Origin: the human T2T-CHM13v2.0 reference genome, Homo sapiens
Length of the DNA stretch: 64,000 nt
Direction: 5' to 3' (one strand)
Assembly: GCF_009914755.1 (NCBI RefSeq)
Contig: NC_060925.1
In this document: piece by piece, positions 61,601 to 64,000 of the stretch
Numbering within the stretch: the first letter of the stretch is position 1
How the letters are laid out: each line of letters starts with the position of its first letter
The notes under the pieces: generated by a model
What the model was told of the DNA's origin: nothing
The model's database searches: none
What the model saw: the letters and a program-made list of their open reading frames with translations, nothing else
Translations under genes and position numbers: made by a program

Positions 61601-64000
61601 GTGAGTAGAAGTATACTACTATAAGCTAATATTGGTATATAGAAACTAGGAAGAAAAATAGCATTTTGAATTAAAAAATACAGATTTCTAAATTCATAAA
61701 TAAACCATCTCTTTCGATTACTACCGTTCTAAAATATCTGCAAAGAATGTGAGTTCCTTGCAATAAATTTTAATAGTTAACATTTCTTGTAATTTCTTCC
61801 TTATGCCTAACCTAAGTCTATAAGACCCTTTATTTTCAAATGTATTTCCGAATGTGTAATATGATTTAAAATAATCAGTTATCTCTTATACATAATTGAT
61901 ATTCTTCCTCTAGTATAGCATGTCAAGATAGTATCATAAGCTTCAACTCAGAAGTTTTGGTTAAATTTATGAATTCTCCTATTTCAAGATTCTAGAAAAA
62001 GTGAGCCTGTTAATGGAATAACTTAATTTATATAAGATAGCTCTTTTGAGTGGTTAAGTACCTAGAACTAATTAAGTCTACAATTGAACAAGATTCTAGC
62101 AGATTTTACTTCACTCACTCAATGTATGGGGAAAAAAGTAAAATTGATAGAGTTATCTAGACTAAGAAAGAGGAATTGTTAAGGGGCTTAGACAAGTTAA
62201 ATATTTGAAAATTAGCTCGAAAATCAGTTGTGTTGACTGCATGTAACAAGATCAATACTTGTAAATCAACATCGTATGTTTAGAATTGATTATGTGTAAT
62301 GACAGATACATAGTAGGTGCTCACCAATAGTCTTTGAGTGAATAAAAGAATAAACTAATGAAGGAGGAGGAATTATCACATAGATGTATATTTTTTATAC
62401 TTATATAGAGAATGTTTATGTTTCAAAAGGATTAAATTCACCTTAAGTAGGAGACATTTCACAGAGGAATCTCTTTGATTTGGTTTTTATGTAGAAGGAA
62501 ATAGGATATGGTTTTCTTGTAGAAGGAAATAAAATAATCTGTAATATCAGATTATTTTGTAAATGGCTGAGTGACAAAATTTATTAATTTTTAATGATGG
62601 GTGGGAAGGCATAAAAGACTTTAAAATACCTTTGAAGTCTGTGCCTTAAATGCTACCAAATGATAGAGAACATTACTAGTGATAGAGAAGAAATGTTAGG
62701 ACTCTTTCCTAGAGACCTCAGGCCATGTCAGCTTTAATATAGAACATCAGGAGGAAGAGAACAAACTTTTCCAGACAGTATGTAAGTATTTATTATCTAT
62801 TATATGCGAAATGCTGTGCAAAGGAGATGAATACAAAGTGAAAAACAAAGCTTTGCTATTTTCAATCTGCTTACAGTTCATGGGAAGAAATAATTCTTTA
62901 TATATAAAAATGAAAACTAATTCTAGAGATAGTTTCTTTGTTATGCTAATCATTCTACCTAACCCATTAGCAAAGTATAAGGTAAGGAATGTTTACTGGC
63001 AAATAATACTTGTAAAACAGTCATGTTACAGAAATCCAGAGGAGGCAGAGATTAGCCTTATTTGGAATTAAAGTTAGGTCATGCCTCATATTTTGAGCTA
63101 GGCTGTGCTGGATTTGAATAGCCATAGAAGAGGAGATAAGGCTTTTAAATAAAGAATATAAATGTGAGTAAGGCATTCAATATATATTTGATTTGAAAGT
63201 TAGATTGGCTCATGAATGTCAGGCCAAGAATAACACAGTAGGGGAAAAGTAGGATTTCAACCTGCCCATAGGGCAGGGGCACTCCTAGTGGTGATTGTTA
63301 TGAGGGCAATTTACAAGAATGGGAATTTCTGATACTGTATGTGGAAAAGCCAGGTTTAGATGGAGGAAGAGTGGAGATTCATATCCTGGAGAACCAAGCT
63401 GGGGTCAGGAGTCAAGGTGGCCAGTTGTGCATTAGAATCGGAAGGTTATGCATAGCCCAGGGATGCAGATGCCAATGAAGACTGACAACGAGGATGTAAG
63501 GAGAATGAAGCAAGGTTATGAATGTGAAGAATGGGATTGTTCAGAAGTTAATGCCGTTAATGGTGGTCATACGTGTACTCTGCTGGGATGAAAGCATACC
63601 TTTAAAGAGGGTGGAATTTCTCGAACTGGAAGGTAAAGAACATATGTTCTTTGTTCAAATCTTCACTTTCAAGTGGATGGAATATTATGTTTTTGTATTA
63701 CCAGAGATTAATTCTTAGCTTAGTTGATGGAGATTTCTCCCAGCTAGATTCTGAATGAATTTTGAATAAAATTCACCTATTTGAACAAAACTTAGTTCTA
63801 GAGAGATTGCCACTTATCCAAGTTGACAGAATCATCTAGAGTTGAGACTTTGGATCATGTTTCATATTCGGGTGAAGTTTGTTTTATTGAGCAGTATTTG
63901 GGTGCTTAATAAAAATGTAAATATTTGTGTCCCACTCCTTTTGCAAGAGAGGGCAGTGAGTGGTGCTGGTAATCTACATTTTAAATCGGTTCCTCAGTTA

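Noticed and set aside
61620-64000. A further DNAH14 exon in the last 2.4 kb
   Set aside because: I found no convincing AG-ORF-GT segment in phase 0 continuing the protein. The next exon probably lies beyond the window.

Overview
This is primate (most likely human) genomic DNA covering the 5' coding part of DNAH14 (axonemal dynein heavy chain 14) on the + strand. Eight GT-AG coding exons (11375-11451, 13631-13770, 18825-18974, 23151-23281, 26103-26255, 27431-27546, 32763-32825, 61456-61600) join in consistent phase into 975 nt / 325 codons (METFIPIDLTTENQEMDKEETKTKPR...NNLSAICLVK). The gene name comes from my recollection of this N-terminus. Exon numbers assume one non-coding exon upstream of the window. 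Most of the remaining sequence is transposon-derived: a near full-length antisense L1PA, about 14 Alu-family elements all on the minus strand, solo LTRs (THE1, MLT1, MER11, LTR22-like, MST, MLT2), DNA transposon MITEs, and a 28.6-kb intron of nested L1s with five inverted (twin-primed) structures. I found no new multi-gene system, CRISPR array or RNA gene. The most interesting small-scale observations are four. (1) A 46-nt copy of the exon 8 splice acceptor sits inside a snap-back repair scar in intron 7 and could create a truncating alternative last exon. (2) An L1 ORF0 with a regenerated ATG has a splice donor in frame with DNAH14 exon 3. (3) A solo LTR ends in tandem tRNA-Met primer-binding-site copies. 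(4) Two Alu-L1 chimeras share the same inversion junction. Repeat subfamily calls are by eye and need RepeatMasker/Dfam confirmation.
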